Source: Bacteroidota bacterium (GTDB taxonomy: Bacteria; Bacteroidota; Bacteroidia; Chitinophagales; Chitinophagaceae). From it: a DNA stretch of 44,468 bases. The notes under the pieces were generated by a model that saw only the letters and a program-made list of their open reading frames with translations, made no database searches and was not told the DNA's origin. The stretch is taken from NCBI GenBank assembly GCA_037129215.1, contig JBAXVH010000001.1, positions 1 through 44,468 of the forward strand, in the 5' to 3' direction. Within the stretch, counting starts at the first letter, position 1. Each line of letters opens with the position of its first letter. A program made the position numbers and the translations under genes. Shown one piece after another: positions 35,946-43,520 of this stretch.

Positions 35946-37216
35946 GCAAGTTCCTCGTAACTACTATATTTAGGATTAATCTGACATGTAAATTTAATAG
36001 GTTCCCCACGTTTTACTTTAGGGGTACTAATAAATCTCAAATGTGGATTACTAGGTTCTCTACCAATACCAATAAAAGTTTCGGCTGAAGCCACTTTAGC
36101 TTTACAACCTAATACATCTTGTTCACTTAAGAAGCGTTTAGTCTTTTCTTCGCCAGTTTCTTTATCAAAGTATCCTGTATTACCTGATTGTGTAGTTCCT
36201 ATAATTGGGCAGGAACTAAGTGAAATTCTTCTAACACTATCGTACAATTTCTTCAACGATATAGCATCCTCTTCATTAGCTAATGAATCTAACATATCGA
36301 TAATAACTAATGATGGATTATATTTTCTAATCTTTTGTTCTACGAAATCCAATTGTTGTATTCCTAATTGAAATACAACAAATTTATCAATATCATATTC
36401 TTCTATGAATTTAGCACGAATTTCAGTACGTTTTTCAACAATTTCTTCCATACCTTCTTTATATACATCTCTATATAAATTAGACCAAAATCTACCATAA
36501 ATATCTGCGGGCGTTCCTTCGCTATTAAAATAAAGAATAGGGCCTGAGTCTTTTACATTAGATAAATGTTTAAAAGCATGTACTGCCTCAGATATAGTAA
36601 ATGCTGATTTACCAGTATTTTTATCGGCAGCTATAACAACAAACTGCCCTTGAATTAATCCTCCTAAACTATTTTGTAATTCAGGAAGAAAGTAAGGAAT
36701 ACCCTTAGATTTATCTAGTATTTCTAAATCAACAGTAGTGGCTGTAATAGCATCAGGGTCAACAGCATTGTGTGTTAATGTGAAAGTTGTTGATTCAAAT
36801 TTATCTAAAATATTTCGTAATTCTGTAATATTTAAATTATTAATATTTTTATTTAAATCCTCAATAGCAATTTGTTTTATAAAGTTAACTAGGCAAGACT
36901 CTCTTGATTCAGGAGCCGCATTCTTAATTGCGGGAAATACATAATCTTTATAGTAATCTAATTCTTCATTTGATAAATCTTTATAATGCCAGTTTTGAGA
37001 AAATTCTGTGTAGAATAAACCAAAATCTATGTGTTCGTGGTTCGCGAACTGAGAATAATATTTCTTATAATCTTGTAAGATTAGTTTAGTGTCAGGAAGG
37101 AGTCTTTTAATATCTAAGAGATAAATATAACTGTCATAATCAGCTTTAAACGACAGTATGTTTAACAAAGCTGCTTCTAAAGCTACATCTGGACTAACTA
37201 TATTTATGTTGTTCAT
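35939..37216 (-). CDS. DnaB/T7 gp4-type replicative helicase
   Basis: Walker A AADKNTGKSAF, Walker B LVIIDMLDSL, RecA-like C-terminal domain. 425 aa. Confidence 0.85.
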   Translation of the reverse strand: MNNINIVSPDVALEAALLNILSFKADYDSYIYLLDIKRLLPDTKLILQDYKKYYSQFANHEHIDFGLFYTEFSQNWHYKDLSNEELDYYKDYVFPAIKNAAPESRESCLVNFIKQIAIEDLNKNINNLNITELRNILDKFESTTFTLTHNAVDPDAITATTVDLEILDKSKGIPYFLPELQNSLGGLIQGQFVVIAADKNTGKSAFTISEAVHAFKHLSNVKDSGPILYFNSEGTPADIYGRFWSNLYRDVYKEGMEEIVEKRTEIRAKFIEEYDIDKFVVFQLGIQQLDFVEQKIRKYNPSLVIIDMLDSLANEEDAISLKKLYDSVRRISLSSCPIIGTTQSGNTGYFDKETGEEKTKRFLSEQDVLGCKAKVASAETFIGIGREPSNPHLRFISTPKVKRGEPIKFTCQINPKYSSYEELAW

Positions 37217-37247
37217 TATAACCTTATAGTGTGATGTCTATAGGGTT

Positions 37248-37276
37248 ATAATAACATTTATCTACATTTGTGTCAA
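37248..37276 (-). promoter_or_regulatory. Sigma70-type promoter TTGACA-N17-TATTAT upstream of the helicase gene
   Basis: The reverse complement reads TTGACAcaaatgtagataaatgtTATTAT, in the 146-bp intergenic gap. Confidence 0.6.
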
Positions 37277-37362
37277 GGTTTATTAGATATAATAGCATAT
37301 AAATAAACTAAAGTTTAATTTAAAATAAAATATTCGAGGAATGCTAGAATTTTTAAATAAAA

Positions 37363-37947
37363 TTAAAACTTATATATTAAATGACACATTGGAAAATCCA
37401 TACTAGCTTCTCTAGTATCTAAAGGAGGGTGAATATTGTCAAGACTAATAGTTTCATGACCATATTTATCAATCATTCGTTGCCAAAGGGCCTCACCTGC
37501 ACATGGGTCATAACCAGCACGCAAAGCTAAATAAACACCATATCGATCAGCGTTTGATTCATTAATAGTAGGAGATATAACGGGAATATCCCAATTTAAT
37601 AAATGTCCTAGCATAACATGACCAATTTCATGGCCTAAAATAATAGCCATTTCATCGTCTGTTTGTAGAAATTCTAGCATCGCTGTCGTGATTGTAACTG
37701 TTTTGCCGTCTGTGTATGCATTGATTTCGTCACTTTCATCCACAACTAGCGCAGGAAATTTAACACCACTATCTGTATACGCTTGAAGGGTCATAAAAAC
37801 AGCGTTAGCATGTTGTAGTTTTGTTTTTATATCCATTTTGGCTGATTTAAATGCGAAAACACTAGCAAGACTTAGTGTAACTAGAGATATTATAAGGATT
37901 CTGATATATTTATATTGAAATAGTTTTTTCATTGGCTCCATCATCAT
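37363..37947 (-). CDS. Secreted M48-family Zn metallopeptidase (paralog of 716..1150)
   Basis: Signal/TM segment ILIISLVTLSLASVFA. INAYTDG...DDEMAIILGHEIGHVMLGH (HExxH), SNADRYGVYLALRAGYDPC...HPPLDTRE. Confidence 0.7.
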   Translation of the reverse strand: MMMEPMKKLFQYKYIRILIISLVTLSLASVFAFKSAKMDIKTKLQHANAVFMTLQAYTDSGVKFPALVVDESDEINAYTDGKTVTITTAMLEFLQTDDEMAIILGHEIGHVMLGHLLNWDIPVISPTINESNADRYGVYLALRAGYDPCAGEALWQRMIDKYGHETISLDNIHPPLDTREASMDFPMCHLIYKF

Positions 37948-38731
37948 TTATATAATGTTTTAATTCTGTACTTACATATTCTTTTGGGTCTTTTTCTGTA
38001 GTGATAATTTTTAAATTATAAGATTTAGAATTATATGCATTTAATTTACATCTATGTTTAATTATATCATATAACTTCTGAAAAATTTTTGCTGCAGATT
38101 CTTGTCCTGGTTTATCGCCGTCTAACCATATAATTATATTTTCATAACGTAAGATAGAATCAATATATTCTTGTTTTAATTTAGTTCCAAACAAACACAG
38201 ACAATCTTCAATGTCACCAACACGAATACATGAAATAAAATCCTCTACTAATATAATTGTAGTATTATTTGGTTGATTGTTGTTTGATGCAACAAAAGCT
38301 ACATTAATGTTACCAACAGATAAATAGCTCTTATTAGGAAAAAATCTTCTTTGATAACCGTGAATATTACCATTCTCTATTACAGGGAAAATTAAACTTT
38401 CGCCTTTGAACTCAATACCTGAATTAGTAACAAATTCATCATACGGACAGTACATTATTTTGTATTTCTTAATTAAATTAGAGTAAATACCGTATTTAGT
38501 AAGCCATTTATTAGTTTCTAAAGAGAATTCTTTTTGATTTGTTACCAAATTAGAGGGGATATATAAAGAATTAAATTGTTCTATTTTTTCTCTAAAACTA
38601 TAAGAAACTTTAGAGTTAAATGTTGAATAACCACAAGAAAAACAATATGCACCATTCGTATACACACAAAAACACTGGTTTAAATGATCGTCTCCACATT
38701 GAACACATGAAGTACTCTTAGATATTAACAT
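37910..38731 (-). CDS. DNA primase (zinc finger + TOPRIM)
   Basis: CVQCGDDH...CFSCGY zinc finger. TOPRIM blocks ILVEDFISCIRV and IIWLDGDKPG. Confidence 0.85.
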   Translation of the reverse strand: MLISKSTSCVQCGDDHLNQCFCVYTNGAYCFSCGYSTFNSKVSYSFREKIEQFNSLYIPSNLVTNQKEFSLETNKWLTKYGIYSNLIKKYKIMYCPYDEFVTNSGIEFKGESLIFPVIENGNIHGYQRRFFPNKSYLSVGNINVAFVASNNNQPNNTTIILVEDFISCIRVGDIEDCLCLFGTKLKQEYIDSILRYENIIIWLDGDKPGQESAAKIFQKLYDIIKHRCKLNAYNSKSYNLKIITTEKDPKEYVSTELKHYINDDGANEKTISI

Positions 38732-39012
38732 GCGTCCTCAATCTGCCATATTCTATTAAAAGCTTCTCTAACAGAAATAGAATTTAATTTAGCTACTTTA
38801 CATATACGATTACAGAACGTATGTAGAAATACAGTATCTCTGTATTTAGCTGCGTCAATTAATACAGCAATCCATAAATGAACTTCTGGATTATATTTAC
38901 CTATTCGGTATTCGCTAATGTCGTGTAAACCACCTAAATAGCTTTTATCAGTAGATAAAGACTCATTATTGGGAACACCATATTCTAGGTTTTTCCATAA
39001 TCCAAATTTCAT
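38725..39012 (-). CDS. Hypothetical protein (95 aa)
   Basis: Co-oriented ORF overlapping both neighbours. Confidence 0.55.
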   Translation of the reverse strand: MKFGLWKNLEYGVPNNESLSTDKSYLGGLHDISEYRIGKYNPEVHLWIAVLIDAAKYRDTVFLHTFCNRICKVAKLNSISVREAFNRIWQIEDAC

Positions 39013-39554
39013 AATGAGGCCTCTTTATTATAATAAGTATTAATTTGGTATCTAATAATTATAACATTTGCTAACATGTGTGATAAATGAAGACATTCAG
39101 ATTCATCATCAAAGTTATCCCCAAATGAATATTTAATATAATGTCTCGCTAAAGCATCTAATAATAATATTATACTTATTTGTTGTTTATAACTGTTTTC
39201 TCTGTATTTACCACTTTGTAATGCTAATGAACGTAATTTTATAAAATCATTAATAATATCTTTTGTTTCTGTAACATTATCATGTAATATTGTATCTTGA
39301 AGCGCTTGTAAAGTAGCTTGTATAACTTTTATATCTTTATTATTTTCTATATTTTTATTTAGTTCCTCAATTAATTCTCCTAGGCCATTAGCCCAGTCAT
39401 TACCGTTTAAAGTAGGTAAAAAACAATATCTAGCTCCTTCAGGCTTCCCTTCTTTTTGTTTCAATACTAGTTCTTCATTAGATAATTCATTTAATTGTCT
39501 ATTATCTTCAATGTCTTCATAATTAGACATAGTATAGTTGTCTGGTGTTAACAT
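39009..39554 (-). CDS. Hypothetical protein, possibly dATP/dGTP diphosphohydrolase-domain-like
   Basis: SGKYRENSYKQ...ALARHYIKY...DDESECLHLSHMLANVIII resembles the KY..NW / RH / D.ESG..HL.H...N pattern of that phage domain family, as remembered. The ATG at 39554 (TAATG overlap, GGAGG RBS) is preferred over 39572. Confidence 0.35.
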   Translation of the reverse strand: MLTPDNYTMSNYEDIEDNRQLNELSNEELVLKQKEGKPEGARYCFLPTLNGNDWANGLGELIEELNKNIENNKDIKVIQATLQALQDTILHDNVTETKDIINDFIKLRSLALQSGKYRENSYKQQISIILLLDALARHYIKYSFGDNFDDESECLHLSHMLANVIIIRYQINTYYNKEASL

Positions 39555-39781
39555 TATGCATCCTCCAAACAATCTTCGTCATAAGGATATTGATGATAAT
39601 TTAAATAATTATCCCAAGCCTTTCTAGCAAAATAATCTTCACTAAAAATAGTAGTTTCGATAGGTGAATTAGTACAATCTTTCACATCAAGTAATGTTAA
39701 TTCTGTATCTTCATCTATAGAATAAAATATTGTTACAGTTTCATTTTCTATATCCATATCAAAATGATATTTATATGACAT
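39554..39781 (-). CDS. Hypothetical acidic protein (75 aa)
   Basis: GGAGAA RBS and a consensus promoter directly upstream. Confidence 0.55.
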   Translation of the reverse strand: MSYKYHFDMDIENETVTIFYSIDEDTELTLLDVKDCTNSPIETTIFSEDYFARKAWDNYLNYHQYPYDEDCLEDA

Positions 39782-39802
39782 AATGTTCTCCTATATAATT
39801 CT

Positions 39803-39831
39803 ATTATACTAGAGATTAATTACCGTGTCAA
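39803..39831 (-). promoter_or_regulatory. Sigma70-type promoter TTGACA-N17-TATAAT
   Basis: The reverse complement reads TTGACAcggtaattaatctctagTATAAT. Its -35 overlaps the last codons of the endolysin gene. Confidence 0.65.
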
Positions 39832-40376
39832 CATAATTTATAGAGTTTTAATACATCAAATACATTAATTAATTTACCTTTTGAATAAATAGGTTTATGA
39901 CCAGCACCAACAGGAAATAATAGTGCGTTTCCATCCTCACTATATACGCCAGTGGCGTACAATTTAGCTTCTTTAGTACGTCTACCGATAATTTCTTTAG
40001 GTTTGTTCCATTTCATAAAATCATTGCATATAGTTTTATAATCTGCTTTCAAATTTATATCTCTAATAAGAGAAGATTTTTTCATACCACCAACACCCAC
40101 GTTATAACACCAACTAGTTAATGCGTCAAATTGATATTGCGTAATCTGCACTTTTAATGCATCATTAATAGGGTCAGTATATTTTGTAATTGATTTTTTA
40201 AGGAAGAATATCGCATCATCCATAGTTATATCTGGATGAGAAAGACTTAGATCGGGGATTTCTGTTTTTGTAGTGCCAATGCCTATAGTTACAACACCAA
40301 CACTGTCTAAATAAGGACTTAAAGAAATTCCTTCAAGTCCTATTATATTAACTAAACCTGCTAATGATATATTCAT
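39828..40376 (-). CDS. Endolysin, GH24 (T4 lysozyme-like) muramidase
   Basis: GLEGISLSPYLDSVGVVTIGIGTT carries the Glu-Asp-Thr catalytic pattern of GH24 lysozymes. Confidence 0.88.
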   Translation of the reverse strand: MNISLAGLVNIIGLEGISLSPYLDSVGVVTIGIGTTKTEIPDLSLSHPDITMDDAIFFLKKSITKYTDPINDALKVQITQYQFDALTSWCYNVGVGGMKKSSLIRDINLKADYKTICNDFMKWNKPKEIIGRRTKEAKLYATGVYSEDGNALLFPVGAGHKPIYSKGKLINVFDVLKLYKLC

Positions 40377-40585
40377 CGGTGTAATCCTGATTGTTTCATC
40401 CTCTCAGTATATCCTGGAGTATCGTTTGGGTCATAATGACCAACTTGTATTTGTATATCCCCTGAGTTTACATATGTATTAGTACTTCCATCACTGTTAA
40501 ATACAGTAGTAGTGCTAGAAGCTCTAGAAACACCGGCCATAATAATTAAAGCTAATGCTGTTGTTACCATAATTTTATTTAACAT
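40373..40585 (-). CDS. Small signal-anchored or secreted protein in the lysis cassette (spanin-like role possible)
   Basis: N-terminal hydrophobic segment VTTALALIIMAGVSRA. Overlaps both the holin and endolysin genes. No lipobox Cys. Confidence 0.35.
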   Translation of the reverse strand: MLNKIMVTTALALIIMAGVSRASSTTTVFNSDGSTNTYVNSGDIQIQVGHYDPNDTPGYTERMKQSGLHR

Positions 40586-40883
40586 TATGTTTCTCCTTAT
40601 TATGCGTATTTTTTAATTTATTCAATTTTAATAAAGTTTTCAATAATTCATTTCTATTTTCTTTTAATTGTTGTTTATGGTATTTATGTAAAGCAATTGT
40701 TAAAGTTACTAAAGCTGTAATTAATAGTGTAGAGATTAAAATCATAGCTGGAGTAAATCCATTGACAAAGCTATCTCTTAATACCCAAATTACGTCAGCT
40801 ATAACAGCTATCCAACCAGCGATAGACATAGCCTCAATAAGATTGACAGCAGTTTTTATATGTAATAAAAAAGAAGTTTTCAT
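40575..40883 (-). CDS. Putative holin
   Basis: 102 aa with two or three TM helices, then a highly basic C-terminal tail (KYHKQQLKENRNELLKTLLKLNKLKNTHNKEKHNVK). Heads the lysis cassette. Confidence 0.5.
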   Translation of the reverse strand: MKTSFLLHIKTAVNLIEAMSIAGWIAVIADVIWVLRDSFVNGFTPAMILISTLLITALVTLTIALHKYHKQQLKENRNELLKTLLKLNKLKNTHNKEKHNVK

Positions 40884-41039
40884 ATGTCCTCAAAAAGTTA
40901 GTTAAGAAGTCTTAAATGCACTACTGGATAGTTTTACATTCAAAACTGCTTAAATAACTAAAATGTTTGGCACCCAGTTCTAGACTACTATTACGTCGGT
41001 GTTTACACTCTTGTATGAGTTTTGTACTATATAAGATTA

Positions 41040-41074
41040 GTACATATTACTTCCTAATCTTATAAGTTCTTCAC
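41040..41074 (-). promoter_or_regulatory. Perfect 11-bp inverted repeat (TATAAGATTAG-N13-CTAATCTTATA) in the holin leader
   Basis: Arms at 41040-41050 and 41064-41074, lying between the upstream terminator and the holin start. Confidence 0.4.
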
Positions 41075-41153
41075 TAACCTTTTGCAGTATGCTGATATTA
41101 ATCCATATACATAATGCAAGTAGTTGTTAGTTATCATGGCCTCAAACATTTAG

Positions 41154-41205
41154 TTAAAAAAGTGGTCTGACTAATAAAGACTTTGGAGGTCTATTCAAAC
41201 CACTT
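41154..41205 (-). terminator. Intrinsic terminator-like hairpin (11-bp stem with one G-U) followed by a U-run
   Basis: On the minus strand, AAGUGGUUUGA (41205-41195) pairs with UCAGACCACUU (41170-41160), followed by UUUU. Confidence 0.55.
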
Positions 41206-41383
41206 TAATAAACACACTCCTCAACTGCCTGCTGATTACTCAGTCCCTAGCTACTTTCAAGTCTTTCTAGGTTGCTTATCGATCTTACTAAGTCTTTTTA
41301 AAGTCTCCTGCGGTATGCTTGAGGAGGGTTTTTACTTAGTAATTCCGAGGCTTCGAATGTGTTTATTAAAACTTGTTTCTCTT
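41155..41383 (-). ncRNA. Candidate small RNA or terminated leader transcript of about 230 nt
   Basis: Bounded by the promoter at 41390..41418 and the terminator at 41154..41205. No SD-led ORF on this strand. A 13-bp perfect long-range helix (41358-41370 with 41204-41216) encloses about 140 nt. Further complementary pairs are CCUCCUCAA/UUGAGGAG and AUUACU/AGUAAU. Confidence 0.45.
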
Positions 41384-41389
41384 ATTACT

Positions 41390-41418
41390 ATTATCTCATT
41401 TCTTACTACCTTTGTCAA
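41390..41418 (-). promoter_or_regulatory. Sigma70-type promoter TTGACA-N17-GATAAT
   Basis: The reverse complement reads TTGACAaaggtagtaagaaatgaGATAAT. Confidence 0.55.
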
Positions 41419-41567
41419 CTCTTTTCTTATTCCTTAAAAGTGATTGTTGATCCCCTCGGCTAGTTAGGGAAGACCTTCTAGCTCTGCTGTCATCGACGAG
41501 CATTTTTATCAAGGAGATTAATAATAACTCTTTTTTTTCTTATTTATTCTTTATTCTTTATACTTAT

Positions 41568-41596
41568 AGTATATCAATTTATAGGGTATAAGTCAA
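41568..41596 (-). promoter_or_regulatory. Sigma70-type promoter TTGACT-N17-TATACT
   Basis: The reverse complement reads TTGACTtataccctataaattgaTATACT. Lies in tandem upstream of the 41390..41418 promoter. Confidence 0.45.
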
Positions 41597-41640
41597 GCCT
41601 TTTGTCCGCTAAGTGCATACTCTTTTCGGACAAAAGAGGC
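41597..41640. terminator. Long hairpin (GCCTTTTGTCCG ... CGGACAAAAGAGGC) downstream of 41662..41895
   Basis: About 12 bp with one bulge. TTTATTAGGTGTTTTTT follows on the plus strand. It is the first element after the minus-strand gene stop, so it may act bidirectionally. Confidence 0.5.
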
Positions 41641-41661
41641 TTTATTAGGTGTTTTTTAAGG

Positions 41662-41895
41662 CTATAGTAAGCAATTTATAGATTCTGGATCTAATTCTAA
41701 TCGTTGCATAATTGTATTTACAATAGCATGACAATCAGACATTTCACCAGAATGAAGAATTAGTGCTACACCATCTTTAACAATAGTAGACATCCAGCAA
41801 TCTTCTTCATCACTATAATAAACACTCATAGTAGGATTGTCTTCAATATTAATATATAATACTGCCCTATCTTTCCCTAAAATTTTAACATACAT
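41662..41895 (-). CDS. Hypothetical protein (77 aa)
   Basis: GGAG-type RBS (ataggagattaatATG). Co-oriented with the HAD gene. Confidence 0.55.
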   Translation of the reverse strand: MYVKILGKDRAVLYINIEDNPTMSVYYSDEEDCWMSTIVKDGVALILHSGEMSDCHAIVNTIMQRLELDPESINCLL

Positions 41896-41904
41896 ATTAA
41901 TCTC

Positions 41905-42480
41905 CTATGGAATATAGTAAAATGGATTTGGTAATTTAAATACTTTTTTAGCGTAGCCGCCAAGTAAATCTGATTTTTGATCGCCTATAGAAGCTATTAT
42001 AACATAACCTTGCTGTTCTATTTCCGCTCTTTTTGTTGTTTTAAATGATGACGCTGAAGACAAATCATTTTTATTTCTTAAAATAATTTGCTCATATTGC
42101 TTATATCCTGCAGAATCAAGGGCTTTTACAGTGTTTTTGCGTAATTTCTCTGATCTACCAGAAAGAAAGAATACTTTAATACCTAATTTGATAGCTTTTT
42201 CATATAATTTGAACACAGGTTTAATAGCTGTGCTGTTAATTTTATTTAGTTGCAACTTTACTTGCCAAGGAAGATTAGCAAAGTCATTAGCGTCTATATC
42301 TGCATAATTTGATATAGAAGTTTCGTCAATATCAAGCACAATACATGAATTTTTAATTTTTTTATTATAATTTTGAATAAAAACCATAGCTTTTTTAGCT
42401 ATAACATCAATTTCATCAAAATAAGCACCAGTATTATAATATTCTCTAAGTTTTAACTTAAGTTGTCCAATATTATCCAT
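41905..42480 (-). CDS. HAD-superfamily phosphatase, class B/C acid phosphatase-like, without a signal peptide
   Basis: Motif I VLDIDETSISN (DxDxT), motif II FFLSGRSEK, motif IV IGDQKSDLLGG. Confidence 0.75.
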   Translation of the reverse strand: MDNIGQLKLKLREYYNTGAYFDEIDVIAKKAMVFIQNYNKKIKNSCIVLDIDETSISNYADIDANDFANLPWQVKLQLNKINSTAIKPVFKLYEKAIKLGIKVFFLSGRSEKLRKNTVKALDSAGYKQYEQIILRNKNDLSSASSFKTTKRAEIEQQGYVIIASIGDQKSDLLGGYAKKVFKLPNPFYYIP

Positions 42481-42510
42481 ACTATTCTCTGCCTAATTAG
42501 CTATGTTTAC

Positions 42511-42539
42511 AGTATACAGACTCCATATGTATTTGTCAA
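42511..42539 (-). promoter_or_regulatory. Sigma70-type promoter TTGACA-N17-TATACT (leftward arm of a divergent promoter pair)
   Basis: The reverse complement reads TTGACAaatacatatggagtctgTATACT, upstream of 41905..42480. Confidence 0.55.
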
Positions 42540-42554
42540 CTACCATTAACAGTA

Positions 42555-42582
42555 TTGCAAATTATTTTTATTGTGATATAAT
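42555..42582 (+). promoter_or_regulatory. Sigma70-type promoter TTGCAA-N16-TGaTATAAT (rightward arm of the divergent pair)
   Basis: -35 at 42555-42560, extended -10 at 42574-42582. Confidence 0.6.
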
Positions 42583-42996
42583 TATATATGTACGTGAACA
42601 CATAAGTAGACTCCGCTATTAAGAGACGGCGGAAACATACTCTACGATGTCCGGGGTATGTTAAGAACATAAAAACTCGACTTCAGACTGGTTAGTTGCC
42701 AGCAACAGATAGTTATACAATAACCCCACCAATGTCAATGCGGGGAACTATCGAAGGTAGATTCAAACCTTATTCGCTAGTAGAGAATAGAATTGAACTA
42801 ATGAAAATTGTTCTACTTAAGCTTTATAAGACATCAAGATTCTTCTCCTGCTTTCCTTCAATGTCAAGCAGGCTTATGTTAAAAGATTATTACTTAAGTA
42901 ATCTAAACATAAAGAGATCTTATATATTATACTTATATCTGAAGAGAGTAACGTCTCTTAATTGACAACTATGTCCTAAATAAATAGGTAATAATT

Positions 42997-43197
42997 ATGA
43001 TAAATAATATAAAATTAACTTATAGATATTTTTGTAATGATTGTAATGCACGATATAAATTCAAATTAACTCCATTAGAAGCCCAAAATAAATTTCCATG
43101 TAATTATTGTGACAATGCTTACATTACACATAATTTAAAAACAAATAATAATCTATTACACAGATTAGTTCATTTCATTTGCAAATATACAAGGTAG
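42997..43197 (+). CDS. Small zinc-ribbon protein (CxxC...CxxC)
   Basis: FCNDCNARY...PCNYCDN. 66 aa. Confidence 0.5.
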   Translation: MINNIKLTYRYFCNDCNARYKFKLTPLEAQNKFPCNYCDNAYITHNLKTNNNLLHRLVHFICKYTR

Positions 43198-43208
43198 TAA
43201 GGAGACGT

Positions 43209-43394
43209 ATGTGCCCTATATATGAAAAATATTGTGAAAAATGCGATAAAACAGAGGAATATCTCTTGACACTAAGTAAGAAAGATAATATAATAACATG
43301 TAGAGACTGTAAAAATGATATGACCTCCCTTGTATCCAGCGGTAACTTTAAATTGTATGGCGAAGGGGTATATAAACCAAGTAAAAAGGAGTAA
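43209..43394 (+). CDS. Small zinc-ribbon protein (FmdB-like CxxC...CxxC)
   Basis: MCPIYEKYCEKCDK...TCRDCKND. AAGGAG RBS before the ATG at 43209; the track start is 43179. Confidence 0.55.
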   Translation: MCPIYEKYCEKCDKTEEYLLTLSKKDNIITCRDCKNDMTSLVSSGNFKLYGEGVYKPSKKE

Positions 43395-43397
43395 GTT

Positions 43398-43520
43398 ATG
43401 CAAGTATGTCCAATTTGTAAAAATGAATATATCATTTGTAAATGTAAGTTCTGTGGTCAGTCACCTAACCATAGCGACCCTATTCAGTATCCATTAAGAC
43501 CACCATACAGCAGATTGTAA
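43398..43520 (+). CDS. Small zinc-ribbon protein (40 aa; not in the ORF track)
   Basis: AAGGAG RBS 7 nt upstream. MQVCPICKNEYIICKCKFCGQSPNHSDPIQYPLRPPYSRL. Confidence 0.45.
   Translation: MQVCPICKNEYIICKCKFCGQSPNHSDPIQYPLRPPYSRL

Noticed and set aside
41183-41437. 84-aa plus-strand ORF in the 41-kb non-coding region
   Set aside because: It has a non-ATG start, no RBS and low-complexity hydrophobic composition. It lies antisense to a promoter-RNA-terminator unit and is probably spurious.
42696-42965. 89-aa plus-strand ORF in the 42.6-43.0 kb leader
   Set aside because: It has a TTG start without an RBS, atypical composition (Ser/Leu/Tyr/Lys-rich) and no family resemblance. It was treated as non-coding.
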